A stretch of 64,000 nucleotides of DNA from assembly GCA_024679065.1 (NCBI GenBank), contig JAGIQG010000116.1:1-64000 (forward strand), read 5' to 3'. Source of the DNA: Sphyrna mokarran. Taxonomy: Eukaryota. Below the pieces are notes generated by a model. That model was not told where the DNA came from, made no database searches, and was given only the letters and a program-made list of their open reading frames with translations. A program made the position numbers and the translations under genes. This document shows positions 1 through 13,739 of this stretch, piece after piece. The first letter of the stretch is position 1, and each line of letters begins with the position of its first letter.

Positions 1-2592
1 ACAGTCTGGGCCTTGTATCAGTCATCTCTGCCCCAAACCTCTCTCAGTTATTACAATCTGGGCCTTGTATCAGTAATCTCTGCCCTAAACCTCTCTCAGT
101 TATTATAATCTGGGATACTATCAATAATCTCTACCCTAAACCTCTCTCAGTTATTAAAATCTGGGATAGTATCAGTAATCTGCCCTAAACCTCTCAGTTA
201 TTACAATCTGGGCCTTGTACCAGTAATCTCTGCCCTAAACCTCTCTCAGTTATTCCAATCTGGGCCTTGTATCAGTAATCTCTACCCTAAACCTCTCTCA
301 GTTATTACAATCTGGGCGTTGTATCAGTAATCTCTACCCTAAACCTCTCTCAGTTATTACAATCTGGGTCTTGTATCAGTAAACCCTACCCTAAACCTCT
401 CTCACTTATTACAATCTGGGATAGTATCAGTAATCTCTGCCCTAAACCTCTCTCAGTTATTACAATCTGGGTCTTGTATCAGTAATCTCTGCCCTAAACC
501 TCTCTCAGTCATTACAATCTGGGTCTTGTATCAGTAAACCCTACCCCAAACCTCTCTCAGTTATTACAATCTGGGATAGTATCAGTAATCTCTGCCCTAA
601 ACCTCTCTCAGTTATTACAATCTGGGACAGTATCTGTAATCTCTGCCCTAAACCTCTCTCAGTTATTACAATCTGGGATACTATCAGTAATCTCTGCCCT
701 AAACCTCTCTCAGTTATTATAATCTGGGATACTATCAGTAATCTCTACCCTAAACCTCTCTCAGTTATTAAAATCTGGGATAGTATCAGTAATCTGCCCT
801 AAACCTCTCAGTTATTACAATCTGGGCCTTGTACCAGTAATCTCTGCGCTAAACCTCTCTCAGTTATTCCAATCTGGGCCTTGTACCAGTAATCTCTGCC
901 CTAAACCTCTCTCAGTTATTCCAATCTGGGCCTTGTATCAGTAATCTCTACCCTAAACCTCTCTCAGTTATTACAATCTGGGCGTTGTATCAGTAATCTC
1001 TACCCTAAACCTCTCTCAGTTATTACAATCTGGGTCTTGTATCAGTAAACCCTACCCTAAACCTCTCTCACTTATTACAATCTGGGATAGTATCAGTAAT
1101 CTCTGCCCTAAACCTCTCTCTGTTATTCCAATCTGGGCCTTGTAAAAGTAATCTCTACCCTAATCCTCTCTCAGTTATTACAATCTGGGTCTTGTATCAG
1201 TAATCTCTGCCCTAAACCTCTCTCAGTCATTACAATCTGGGTCTTGTATCAGTAAACCCTACCCCAAACCTCTCAGTTATTACAATCTGGGATAGTATCA
1301 GTAATCTCTGCCCTAAACCTCTCTCAGTTGTTACAATCTGGGACAGTATCTGTAATCTCTGCCCTAAACCTCTCTCAGTTATTACAATCTGGGATACTAT
1401 CAGTAATCTCTGCCCTAAACCTCTCTCAGTTATTACAATCTGGGATACTATCAGTAATCTCTGCCGTAAACCTCTCTCAGTTATTACAATCTGGGACAGT
1501 ATCAGTAATCTCTGCCCTAAACCTCTCTCAGTTATTACAATCTGGGCCTTGTATCAGTAATCTCTGCCCTAAACCTCTCTCAGCTATTACAATCTGGGCC
1601 TTGTATCAGTAATCTCTGCCCGAAACCTCTCTCAGTTATTACAATCTGGGATACTATCAGTAATCTCTGCCCTACACCTCTCTCAGCTATTACAATCTGG
1701 GCCTTGTATCAGTAATCTCTGCCCTAAACCTCTCTCAGTTATTACAATCTGGGTCTTGTATCAGTAGTCTCTGCCCTAAACCTCTCTCAGTCATTACAAT
1801 CTGGGTCTTGTATCAGTAAACCCTACCCCAAACCTCTCTGTTATTACAATCTGGGATAGTATCAGTAATCTCTGCCCTAAACCTCTCTCAGTTATTACAA
1901 TCTGGGACAGTATCTGTAATCTCTGCCCTAAACCTCTCTCAGTTATTACAATCTGGGATAGTATCAGTAATCTCTGCCCTAAACCTCTCTCAGTTATTAC
2001 AATCTGGGATACTATCAGTAATCTCTGCCGTAAACCTCTCTCAGTTATTACAATCTGGGACAGTATCAGTAATCTCTGCCCTAAACCTCTCTCAGTTATT
2101 ACAATCTGGGCCTTGTATCAGTAATCTCTGCCCGAAACCTCTCTCAACTATTACAATCTGGGATACTATCAGTAATCTCTGCCCTAAACCTCTCTCAGTT
2201 ATTACAATCTGGGATACTATCAGTAATCTCTGCCGTAAACCTCTCTCAGTTATTACAATCTGGGACAGTATCAGTAATCTCTGCCCTAAACCTCTCTCAG
2301 TTATTACAATCTGGGCCTTGTATCAGTAATCTCTGCCCTAAACCTCTCTCAGCTATTACAATCTGGGCCTTGTATCAGTAATCTCTGCCCTAAACCTCTC
2401 TCAGTTATTACAATCTGGGCCTTGTATCAGTAATCTCTGCCCTAAACCTCTCTCAGTTATTACAATCTGGGATAGTATCAGTAATCTCTGCCCTAAACCT
2501 CTCTCAGTTATTACAATCTGGGATAGTATCAGTAATCTCTGCCCTAAACCTCTCTCAGTTATTACAATCTGGGATAGTATCAGTAATCTCTG
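1..2592. repeat. Minisatellite, 51/52-bp unit, about 50 copies (truncated by window start)
   Basis: Unit ATCAGTAATCTCTGCCCTAAACCTCTCTCAGTTATTACAATCTGGG plus a variable 5-6 nt (ccttgt/tcttgt/atagt/atact/acagt). The 17-aa periodicity of ORFs 1328 and 2401 reflects it. Confidence 0.97.
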
Positions 2593-3064
2593 TGCTAAAT
2601 CCACAGACTGAACGGCCTCCTTCTGCGCTGGGATTCTGGGGCTCTCCCAGTTTCCATTCTCCATAGTGTAAGAAACAATATCTTTAACTCGATGTTAATC
2701 CGTGTGAGAAAAATAAATCAAATCCAAATCTCCTTCTTCACTCTTTCATCAAATATTCCCAGGGCGAGTGGAAAGTGGGAGTTGGCTCCAGATTAAAGTT
2801 CCCTCACTGGATCCGAACAGACAGGTTAGCAAGAGGAGGAGGCCATTCGGCCCCTTCAACCTGCTCCACCATTCAATAAGATCACATCTGATTGGACTGT
2901 AACCTCAACTCTCCATTCCTGCCGACCCCCTGATAACCTCTCACTCCCCCCCCCCCCACCCCGGCCTTGTTCATCACCAATCGATCAAACTCTGGGTGGA
3001 AAATACTCCAAACCTCTGCTCACACTGCCTTTATCACCTCTCCTCCATCCAACTGGAGAGGGTT

Positions 3065-6000
3065 ACACAGAGAGACAGAATAGAGAGAGAGAGAGTAACA
3101 GAGAGAGAGAGTNNNNNNNNNNNNNNNNNNNNNNNNNNNNNNNNNNNNNNNNNNNNNNNNNNNNNNNNNNNNNNNNNNNNNNNNNNNNNNNNNNNNNNNN
3201 NNNNNNNNNNNNNNNNNNNNNNNNNNNNNNNNNNNNNNNNNNNNNNNNNNNNNNNNNNNNNNNNNNNNNNNNNNNNNNNNNNNNNNNNNNNNNNNNNNNN
3301 NNNNNNNNNNNNNNNNNNNNNNNNNNNNGAGGAGTTAACAGAGAGAGAGGTCACAGAGAGAGAGAGGATAGAGAGAGAGAGAGTAACAGAGAGAGAAAGA
3401 GTAACAGAGAGAGAGTAACAGAGAGAGAGAGAGGATAGAGAGAGAGAGTAACTGAGACAGAGAGACATGATAGAGAGAGAGTAAAAGAGAGAGAGAGAGA
3501 GTAACAGAGAGAGACAGGATAGAGAGAGAGTAACAGAGAGAGAGTAAAAGAGAGAGAGAGAGTAACAGAGAGAGAGAGAGTAACAGAGAGAGAGAGACAG
3601 GATAGAGAGAGAGAGTAACTGAGACAGAGAGACAGGATAGAGAGAGAGTAAAAGAGAGAGAGAGAGAGAGTAAAGAGAGAGACAGGATAGAGAGAGAGTA
3701 ACACAGAGAGAGAGAGTAACAGAGAGAGAGAGAGTAACAGAGAGAGAGAGACAGGATAGAGAGAGAGAGTAACCGAGACAGAGGGACAGGATAGAGAGAG
3801 AGTAAAAGAGAGAGAGAGAGAGTAACAGAGAGAGACAGGATAGAGAGAGAGTAACAGAGAGAGAGAGACAGGATAGAGACAGAGAGTAACAGAGAGAGAG
3901 AAAGAGAGAGTAACAAAGAGAGAGAGAGAGGATAGAGAGAGAGAGAGGATAGAGAGAGAGAGTAACAGAGAGAGAGAGAGACAGGATAGAGAGAGAGTAA
4001 AAGAGAGAGAGAGAGTAAAGAGAGAGACAGGATAGAGAGAGAGTAAGAGAGAGAGAGAGAAAGAGTAACAGAGAGAGAGAGTAACAGAGAGAGAGAACGA
4101 GAGAGTAACAGAGAGAGGGAGAGAGAGAGAGAGAGGATAGAGAGAGAGTAACACAGACAGAGAGAGTAACAGAGAGAGAGAGACTGGATAGTGCGTAACA
4201 GAGAGAGAGAGAGAGACAGGATAGAGAGAGAGAGTAACAGAGAGAGAAAGAGACAGGATAGAGAGAGAAAGTAACAGAGAGAGAAAGTAACAGAGAGAGA
4301 GGATAGAGTGAGAGATTAACAGAGAGAGAGAGAGACAGGATAAGACAGACAGAGTAACAGAGAAAGAGAGAGTATCAGAGAGAGTGAGACAGAATAGAGA
4401 GACAGTAATAGAGAGAAAGAAGAGGCAGGGTAGAGAGAGAGAGTAACAGAGAGAGAGAGAGTAACAGAGAGAGAGAATCAGGATAGAGGGAGAGAGAGAG
4501 TAACAGAGAGAGAGAGGGTAGAGTGAGAGAGAGTAACAGGGAGAGAGAGACAGGATAGAGACAGAGAGATAATAGAGAGAGAGAGAGAGAGTATCAGAGA
4601 GACTGAGACAGAATAGAGAGAGAGTAACAGAGAGAGAGAGACAGGATAGAGAGAGAGAGAGTAAAAGAGAGAGAAACAGAGAGAGAGAGAGAGTAACAGA
4701 GAGAGAGAACGAGAGAGTAACAGAGAGAGGGAGAGAGAGAGAGAGAGAGGATAGAGAGAGAGTAACACAGACAGAGAGAGTAACAGAGAGAGAGAGACTG
4801 GATAGTGCGTAACAGAGAGAGAGAGAGAGACAGGATAGAGAGAGAGAGTAACAGAGAGAGAGGAGAGAGTAACAGAGAGAGAGGATAGAGAGAGAGTAAC
4901 AGAGAGAGAGTAAAGAGAGAGAGAGAGTAACAGAGAGAGAGAGAGTAACAGAGAGAGAGAGACAGGATAGAGAGAGAGAGTAACTGAGACAGAGAGACAG
5001 GATAGAGAGAGAGTAAAAGAGAGAGAGAGAGAGAGTAAAGAGAGAGACAGGATAGAGAGAGAGTAACACAGAGAGAGAGAGTAACAGAGAGAGAGAGAGT
5101 AACAGAGAGAGAGAGACAGGATAGAGAGAGAGAGTAACCGAGACAGAGGGACAGGATAGAGAGAGAGTAAAAGAGAGAGAGAGAGAGTAACAGAGAGAGA
5201 GAGACAGGATAGAGACAGAGAGTAACAGAGAGAGAGAAAGAGAGAGTAACAAAGAGAGAGAGAGAGGATAGAGAGAGAGAGAGGATAGAGAGAGAGAGTA
5301 ACAGAGAGAGAGAGAGACAGGATAGAGAGAGAGTAAAAGAGAGAGAGAGAGTAAAGAGAGAGACAGGATAGAGAGAGAGTAAGAGAGAGAGAGAGAAAGA
5401 GTAACAGAGAGAGAGAGTAACAGAGAGAGAGAACGAGAGAGTAACAGAGAGAGGGAGAGAGAGAGAGAGAGAGGATAGAGAGAGAGTAACACAGACAGAG
5501 AGAGTAACAGAGAGAGAGAGACTGGATAGTGCGTAACAGAGAGAGAGAGAGAGAGACAGGATAGAGAGAGAGAGTAACAGAGAGAGAAAGAGACAGGATA
5601 GAGAGAGAAAGTAACAGAGAGAGAAAGTAACAGAGAGAGAGGATAGAGTGAGAGATTAACACAGAGAGAGAGAGACAGGATAAGACAGACAGAGTAACAG
5701 AGAAAGAGAGAGTATCAGAGAGAGTGAGACAGAATAGAGAGACAGTAATAGAGAGAAAGAGAGAGGCAGGGTAGAGAGAGAGAGTAACAGAGAGAGAGAG
5801 AGTAACAGAGAGAGAGAATCAGGATAGAGGGAGAGAGAGAGTAACAGAGAGAGAGAGGGTAGAGTGAGAGAGAGTAACAGGGAGAGAGAGACAGGATAGA
5901 GACAGAGAGAGTAATAGAGAGAGAGAGTATCAGAGAGACTGAGACAGAATAGAGAGAGAGTAACAGAGAGAGAGAGACAGGATAGAGAGAGAGAGAGTAA

Positions 6001-6235
6001 AAGAGAGAGAAACAGAGAGAGAGAGAGAGTAACAGAGAGAGAGAACGAGAGAGTAACAGAGAGAGGGAGAGGAGTAACAGAGAGAGAGAGTAACAGAGAG
6101 AGAGAGGGAGGATAAAGAGAGAGAAACAGAGAGAAAGAGACAAGATAGAGAGAGAGTGACGGAGAGAGAGAGAGGATAGAGAGTAAGAGAGAGAGAGAGA
6201 GTAACAGAGAAAGAGAGAGAGAGCAAGTGACTGAG
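3065..6235. repeat. (GA)n-based complex low-complexity tract with internal ~1.35 kb duplication
   Basis: GA runs punctuated by GTAACA/GGATA. Rare variants recur, e.g. gtaaccgagacagagggac at ~3768 and ~5133, actggatagtgcgtaac at ~4182 and ~5521. Confidence 0.95.
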
Positions 6236-6420
6236 ATGGAGACAGTGATGTAGTGTTCATAGAATCGCAACAGTGCAGAAGGAGGCCATTCAGCCCATTG
6301 AGGCTGCATTGTCAACAATCCCACCCAGCTCCTATCCCCATACCCCCACCTATTTAATCCCCCGACACTGAGGGGAAATTTAGCATGGCCACTCCACCCT
6401 AACCTGCACATCGGGACCTT

Positions 6421-7068
6421 CAAGTGTTTAGGTGTCCGGATCACCAACAACCCGTCCCAGTCCCTCCACACCAACACTATCGTTAAGAAAGCCTCACCAA
6501 CGCCGCTACTTTCTCAGAAGACGAAGGAAATTTGGCCTGTCAGCTATGACTCTCACCAACTTTTACAGATGCCCCACAGAAAGCATTCTTTCTAGTTGTA
6601 TCACAGCTCGGTCTGGGCTCCTGCTCTGCCCAAGATCACAAGGAACTACAAAAGGATGGTGAATGTAGCCCCAATCCATCACACAAACCCCAGCCTCCCA
6701 TCCATTGACTCTGTCTACACTTCCCGCTGCCTCAGTAAAGCAGCCGGCATTAAAGACCACACACCCTCCAGATATTCTCTCTCTTCCACCTTCTTTCATC
6801 TGGATAAAGGTACAAAAGTCGGAGGTCACGCACCAACCGAGTCAAGAACAGCTTCTTCCCTGCTGCTGTCAGCCCTTTGACTGGATTTTCCTGGCGTTAA
6901 GTTGATCTTTCTGTCCCCTCGCTGTGACTGTGACACGACATTGTGCAATCTCACATTTCCTTCTCTATGAATGGTATGCCCAGTCCGTATAGTTCACAAG
7001 AAACAGTGCTTTTCACCGTAGTAAATACATCTGACAATAATACATCAAATTAAAATCATAAATTAAAT
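6421..7068 (+). mobile_element. Rex1/Babar-clade LINE 3' fragment (degenerate)
   Basis: Translation HQRRYFLRRRRKFGLSAMTLTNFYRCPTESILSSCITA resembles the Rex1/Babar RT C-terminus (QRLYFLRRL...FYRCTIESIL). Ends in an (AAATC)-like tail. Confidence 0.75.
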
Positions 7069-7089
7069 CCAAGTATTTCCCCTGCTAAT

Positions 7090-7262
7090 CCCCCTCATAC
7101 TAAAGGGAAATTTAACGCGGCCAATCCACCGAACTCGCACTTCTTTGGGCTGAGAGAGGAAACAGGAGCATCCGGAGGAAACCCACAGTCTCACCCGAGG
7201 CCGGATTCGAACCGGGCTCCCTGGTGCTGTGAGGCAGCAGTGCTAACCACTGGTCCCACCCT
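7090..7262 (-). mobile_element. tRNA-derived V-SINE (HE1-like), degenerate
   Basis: Reverse complement of gtggttagcactgctgcctcacagcaccagggagcccggttcgaatcc (A/B boxes) plus gggtttcctccggatgctcc V-domain. Confidence 0.75.
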
Positions 7263-7416
7263 GCTGCCTGCTCCCATTTGGGAGCTTCACCAGGTTAACT
7301 CCTCATTTGGAGGGAAGCCGGGTTGAGCCCCCTGGTTTGATGGGAATGGTTGAGTGGGGAATGAATCATTCTCTGTTACCCGCAGGGTCCTGGACATTGA
7401 CAGAAGCTGACACTCA

Positions 7417-7750
7417 GACAACAACAACCTGCATTGATACAGCACCTTGAACACAGACATCCTCAGATGCTTCACAGGAGCCTGGAGTGGAAAATTACAG
7501 GCCAGTTTAGGGACAAAAGATCTGCCCCAAAGATCTGGTCAAAAAGGGTTTTTTTTTTAGGAAGTGTCTGAATGGTGGAAAGGGAGGGATGAAGATGGAA
7601 AGTTTCGGGATGGAATTCCAGAGTTGGACTCACACAGTTGACGGGACAGCTCCCAATGGTGAAAGGATTAAAATTGGGGATGCTCAGGGAGCCAGGATTA
7701 AAGGAAAACAGATATCAGAGGATGGTGGGACTGGGGGTGATAGGGAGGGT
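7417..7750 (-). mobile_element. L2-like LINE 3' end fragment
   Basis: acaacaacctgcattgatacagcacctt...tgcttcacaggag is the reverse complement of an L2/SINE-type tail. Paralogous copies at ~8960-9142 and ~19515-19690. Confidence 0.55.
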
Positions 7751-7825
7751 TCATTTACAGAAAACAGAACCAAACTTTAACCACACCCCGTGTGAAGAAA
7801 TGTTTCCTAATTTCACTTTGAAAGG

Positions 7826-8112
7826 AGTTTATTTATTAGTGTCACAAGGAGCTGACATTAACACTGCAATGAAGTGACTGTGAAAATCCCCGAGTTTCCC
7901 CACTCCGGTGCCTGTTCGGGTACACTGAGGGAGAATTTAGCATGACCAATGCACCCTAAGCAGCACATCTTTCAGACTGTGGGAGGAAGCCGGAGGAAAC
8001 CCACGCAGACATGGGGAGAATGTGCAATCTCCACACAGACAGTGGACCCAAGCCGGGAATCGAACCCGGGTCCCTGGTGCTGTGAGGCAGCAGCGCTAAC
8101 CCCTGTGTCACC
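7826..8112 (-). mobile_element. tRNA-derived V-SINE (HE1-like), near full length
   Basis: Reverse complement has a tRNA-like head with B box GGTTCGATTCC, V-domain GGGTTTCCTCCGG and tail ...gtgacactaataaataaact. Same family as 21368-21671. Confidence 0.88.
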
Positions 8113-9142
8113 CAGAGGAAGAGGAGGATTCACCCCAGAACCCACATTCAATGATATCGTGGCCTCTCTGTGATCGAATTCTATATCGCTTTGCACCTTT
8201 GGCTAAGAGAAATCCCTCAGATTTAAACAGTAACAAATGTCTGAGCATCGATTGTCGTTTGCAGAGGATTGTTCCAAACTAATATCACACCTGGTGTGGC
8301 AAAGTGTTTCTCCATTTCACTCCTGAATGTCTAAAATACTAAACATTGTGTAAAAATCCAATGTCCCCCCAAGTCCTGGACTCCCCCCAGCCTGGTCTTA
8401 TCGTAGTCGGACGCCGTGGTTGGGAGCAGGACAGCGACACGGGATTGGGACGACTGTTCATGCGGAGGATTCACACCAGGAATCTGTCCCAGAATCAGAA
8501 CAGAGTAGGGAGAATCAAACAAGGAAAGTGGGGTTGGGTTTGTGAGCCTTGCTTTCTGGAAAGCTTTAGTGTTTGATCAGAATGTTAACGTGGTGAAGTT
8601 TGGAGCCTCTGGGGTGACATTTGTCCGAATACAGATTCTATCTTATTGTAACATTGAGGTGCCAAGTGTACTGAGCTCACCAGCATTTACAAACCATCAT
8701 TTGCAGACAGCTTGCTGTTTAAATTGGATCAATCCAGCCCTTTGGGAAACGTGATCAGTCTTATTTCGGAAAGGGGCAAGCTAATTTCAAAGAGAGAGAG
8801 AGAGACAGAGACAGAGAGAGACAGAAACAGGATGGGATTGTAGTGTACATGTTTCAGAGCTGACACTGAGACACACACGAGATGTACAGTCACAGAGCAG
8901 AGTGAATCATTCTCTGTTACCCGCAGTGTCCTGGACAGGGACGGAAGCTGACACTCAGACACACACAACAACAATTTGCATTGATGTAGCACCTTGAACA
9001 GAATTGTCCCGAGATGCTTCACAGGGACCAAGAGTGAAAAATTAGACCCTGAGTCACAGGCGAGTTTAGGGACAGATGCTGAAAAGATTTGCTGAAAAGT
9101 GATTGGATTTGGGAAGTATCCTAATGGTGGAAAGGGAGGGAT

Positions 9143-9840
9143 TAAGTGGCAAATGTGAGCTTCTCCACTTTGGGAGCAAAAACGGGGAGGCAGTTCCCTG
9201 TCCGAATGACCAGAAATTAGGAGCAGGGAATGTACAAGGAGAGCCGGGGGTCCCTCACAAACCAATCACTGAAGGCGAGCATGCAGGGGCAGGAGGCAGG
9301 GAAAAAGGCAAATGGGATGTTCATAGCGAGAGGATTGGAGTCCAGGAACAGACTCTTGCTGCAATTAGACAGGGCCTTGGTGAGGCCATAGCCACAATAT
9401 TGTGGACAGTTTGGCTCTCTTTATCTGAGGAAGGATGTTCTTGCTCCAGAGGGAGCGCGGAGAAGGTTTACCAGACGGATTCCTGGGATGGCGGGATTGA
9501 GGAGAGATTGAGTGGGTTCGGATTGTATTCACTGGAGTTCAGAAGAGTGAGGGGGGAGCGATCTCATCGAAATCAATAAAATTCCAACAGGACCAGACAG
9601 GGTGGATGTAAGAAGGATGATCCCGATGGTGGGGGTGTCCAGAACCAGGGGGTCACAGTCTGAGGATACAGGGGAGACGGTTTAGGACAGAGATGGGGAG
9701 AAATCTCTTTACCCAGAGAGGGGTCAACCTGTGGAATTCACCCACACAGAAAGTCATTGAGGCCAAAACATTGAATGTTTCCGAGGGGCCGTTAGATTTC
9801 ACACTTGGGGCAAAGGGGATAACACGATATGGGGGAAGGT
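9143..9840 (+). mobile_element. CR1 LINE ORF2 3' fragment, frameshifted
   Basis: Colinear with the CR1 at 18455-19496 (KWQM..., LHFG, ALVRP, QRVVNLWNS motifs) but with many indels. Confidence 0.8.
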
Positions 9841-9889
9841 GCATTTTCCAGGCTAATTCCCCCAAACCTACACATCCCTTCGCACTCAG

Positions 9890-10057
9890 GGACAATTTAG
9901 CATGGCCAATTCACCGAACATCTGAGGACTGTGGGAAGAAACAGGAGCAACCGGAGGAAACCCACGCTGACACGGGGAGAAACTCCGTACAGACAGTGAC
10001 CCAGGGCTGGAATTGAACCCCTGGCGCTGTGAGGCAGCAGTGCCAACCACTGTGCCA
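9890..10057 (-). mobile_element. V-SINE
   Basis: Reverse complement of ggcacagtggttggcactgctgcctcacagcgccaggggttcaattcc...gggtttcctccgg. Confidence 0.82.
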
Positions 10058-10874
10058 ACCTACCAACCTGCTCATCAAACACTTCCAACCCAAATACAGT
10101 ACACAGAGTAAAACCCCCTCTGCTCTGTCCAAGGAATTTGTCATTGCAGACTTTTCAATTTACTTTAAGAGAAAAACAGAACTCAAATTGTTCAGCATCC
10201 CAGTGTGAACACATGTTTATTTCAACCATGGTCCCATCTCCTCAGATTCCAACATGAAGTTGAAGCTGTGAATACATTTGTGTCTCTCTGTCTCAGAGTT
10301 TGTGTATTCTGTCTCTCACTCACTTTGAAACTTAGCTGAAGAATTTGAACGAAGGATGTTGTTTAATCATTCCTGTCTCTGAGCACATGGAACTGGGGAA
10401 TCTTCAAAGGTCACAATCTAATGTCATTAACAAAGAACTGTCCCCTTTATTCATCCATCCATTTCCAATCTCTGCATAGATCCCACACATTTCCAGAATG
10501 CAGGAAGCTCTCAATGGAAACTGCTTCCAATGATTCCCCAATACAATTCTTCACACTTCACTGTAAACTACATTCCACTGACATTCCCCAAAGCAGCTAC
10601 AGAAAAGTGACTGGTTATTTTAAACATTGAACCTGAACTCATTGAGTTTATGATTCACTGACATTACACAGAAATGTTGAGCCTGTGGGGGTGACAGTTT
10701 GGGAGTAACATTGCAACATGAAGGGACCCTGCACACTGCATTTAACATCATTTGTAGCACTCCCAAAATCTCCCAGACATTGCTGTGTGTGTGGTGTGAA
10801 CCCAGCTGTGAAATATCCACACATATTGAACTCCCACTGCTTCTGTCTTTTCATCATTTATAAACACAGAAACT

Positions 10875-11170
10875 AAAAGCAGGAGGAGGCCATTCAGCCC
10901 CTTCCAGCCTCCTCCCCCATTCATTCTGATCATTAAATTCAATATCCTGATCCCACATTCGCCCCGAGAGCTCCATCTCATTTCCAGTGGGAATCAGACA
11001 ATGTTTTGGCCTCAGCTACTTTCTGTGCTGCTGAATCCCACACACTCCCCACTCTCTGGATGAAGGGATTTCTCCCCATCTCAGTCTGAAAACATTTCCC
11101 CTTTACCCTCAAACTGTGGCCCCGAGATCTAGACTCCCCCCACCATCGGGAACATTCTTTCTGAATCTAC
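10875..11170 (-). mobile_element. CR1 LINE 3' end fragment
   Basis: ggaggaggccattcagcccc 3' tail followed by the reverse complement of the C-terminal ORF2 region. Confidence 0.6.
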
Positions 11171-11791
11171 TCTGCCTTATCCGAACATTACCTTAGTGAG
11201 GAGACAACTCTGTCAGAAGTATCTCAGTGCTGTGTTCACATCAAATGGACACTGGGAAGGAACAGCAAATGTCTGACTGATATTTGTGGATATTTTTCAC
11301 AGATTCCCAGAGAGGGAGAGATGGACAGAAGACACAGATACAGAGAGTGAGAAACAGAGAGAGAGACACAGATTGAGAGACAGAGATACACACAGATACA
11401 GAGAGAGAGAGAGAGACAAGATACAGAGAAAGAAACAAGGACAGAGAAAAGAGAGAGAAATCCAGATACAGAGAGAGAGAGAGACAAGAGAGAAAGAGGA
11501 GACAAAGAGAGAGACACAAAGAGAGACAGAGTGAGAGAGACAGAGAAAGAGACAGGGAAAGAAACACAGAGAGAGAGAGAGACAGGCACAGGGAGAGAGA
11601 GAAAGACACAGAGAGAGAGAGACACACAAGGAGAGGGAGACACAGGAAGAGGGAGAGACAGAGAGAGGGAGAGAGAGAGAAATACAGAGAGACAGGGAGA
11701 GGCAGAGAGAAATAGAGAGTTAGAGAGACAGAGAGAAAGAGAGATGCAGAGAGAGAGAGAGAGAAGGACCCAGACAGACAGAAATAGAGAC

Positions 11792-11823
<32 letters not shown>

Positions 11824-13675
11824 AGAGACAGAGACAGAGAGAAAGAGAGAGATAGAGACAAAGACAGAGAGTGACACAGAGAGAGTTAGACAGAAACAAG
11901 AGACAGAGAGAAAGAAACAGAGACAGAGAGAGAGACAGGGAGAGACACAGAGAGAGAAGACAGACAGAGAGAGAGAGACAGACTGACAGACAGAGAGAGA
12001 GAAGACAGAGNNNNNNNNNNNNNNNNNNNNNNNNNNNNNNNNNNNNNNNNNNNNNNNNNNNNNNNNNNNNNNNNNNNNNNNNNNNNNNNNNNNNNNNNNN
12101 NNNNNNNNNNNNNNNNNNNNNNNNNNNNNNNNNNNNNNNNAGAAAAATACAGAGAGACAGAGAGAGGCAGAGAGAATTCGAGAGACAGAGTAGCACATAT
12201 AGAGAAGACAGAGAGAGAGAGACAGATAGGCAAAGAGAGAGAGAGAGAGAGAAAGAGGGACAGAGAGAGAGAGAGAGTATTATTGTTCAAGATGTATCAC
12301 TAAAAGGTTTCCCCTTTATCCACAAACTCCGAGTTCTGGACTCCCCCCACATCGGGAACATTCTTTCTGAATCTACTCTGCCTTATCCGAACGTTACCTT
12401 AGTGAGGAGACAACTCTGTCAGAAATATCTCAGTGCTGTGTTCACATCAAATGGACACTGGGAAGGAACAGCAAATGTCTGACTGATATTTGTGGATATT
12501 TTTCACAGTTATGGATATTTTTCACAGATTCCCAGAGAGGGAGAGATGGACAGAAGACACAGATACAGAGAGTGAGAAACAGAGAGAGAGACACAGATTG
12601 AGAGACAGAGATACACACACAGATACAGAGAGAGAGAGAGACAAGATACAGAGAAAGAAACAAGGACAGAGAAAAGAGAGAAAAATCCAGATACAGAGAG
12701 AGAAAGAGAAAGAGAGAAAGAGGAGACAAAGAGAGAGACACAAAGAGAGACAGAGTGAGAGAGACAGAGAAAGAGACAGGGAAAGAAACAGAGAGAGAGA
12801 GAAGGCACAGGGAGAGAGAGAAAGACACAGAGAGAGAGACACACAGGGAGAGGGAGACACAGAAAGAGGGAGAGACATAGAGAGGGAGAGAGAGAGAAAT
12901 ACAGAGAGACAGGGAGAGGCAGAGAGAAATAGAGAGTTAGAGAGACAGAGACAAAGAGAGATGCAGAGAGAGAGAGAGAAAGACCCAGAGACACAGAAAT
13001 AGAGACAGAGAAACAGAGACAGAGAGAAAGAGAGAGATAGAGACAAAGACAGAGAGTGACACAGAGAGAGTTAGACAGAAACAAGAGACAGAGAGAAAGA
13101 AAGAGAGACAAGAGAGAGAGAGACAGGGAGAGACACAGAGAGAGAAGACAGACAGAGAGAGAGAGACAGACTGACAGACAGAGAGAGAGAAGACAGAGAG
13201 AAACAGACAGAGACACAAAAAAAACAAACAAAGAAAGAGAGAGACAGAGACAGAAAGAAAGAGAGAGATAGATAGAGAGAGAGAGACTGAGAGGGAGAGA
13301 CAGAAAAATACAGAGACAGAGAGAGGCAGAGAGAATTCGAGAGACAGAGTAACACATATAGAGAAGACAGAGAGATAGAGACAGATAGGCAAAGAGAGAG
13401 AGAGAGAAAGAGGGACAGAGGGAGACAGAGAGAGAGAGTATTATTGTTCAAGATGTATCACTAAAAGGTTTCCCATTTATCCACAAACTCCGAGTTCTGG
13501 ACTCCCCCCACATCGGGAACATTCTTTCTGAATCTACTCTGCCTTATCCGAACGTTACCTTAGTGAGGAGACAACTCTGTCAGAAATATCTCAGTGCTGT
13601 GTTCACATCAAATGGACACTGGGAAGAAACAGCAAATGTCTGACTGATAATTTGTGGATATTTTTCACAGATTCA
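11130..13675. repeat. Tandem triplication (~1.2 kb period) of a ~170-bp unique block plus GA-rich spacer
   Basis: The block catcgggaacattctttctgaatctactctgccttatccgaac...gtggatatttttcacagatt occurs at ~11144, ~12350 and ~13511. The intervening GA tracts are alignable. Confidence 0.9.
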
Positions 13676-13739
13676 AATTTACATAATTCCCACTTGAAGG
13701 AATAACTCCTCACGGCACCAGGGACCCGGGTTCAATTCC

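Noticed and set aside
1-2592. Telomeric repeat or CRISPR array
   Set aside because: CCCTAA occurs once per 51/52-bp unit rather than in tandem, and the variable part is only 5-6 nt.
7826-8112. tRNA genes suggested by GGTTCGATTCC boxes here and in other copies
   Set aside because: They are SINE heads that continue into V-domain and tail sequence.
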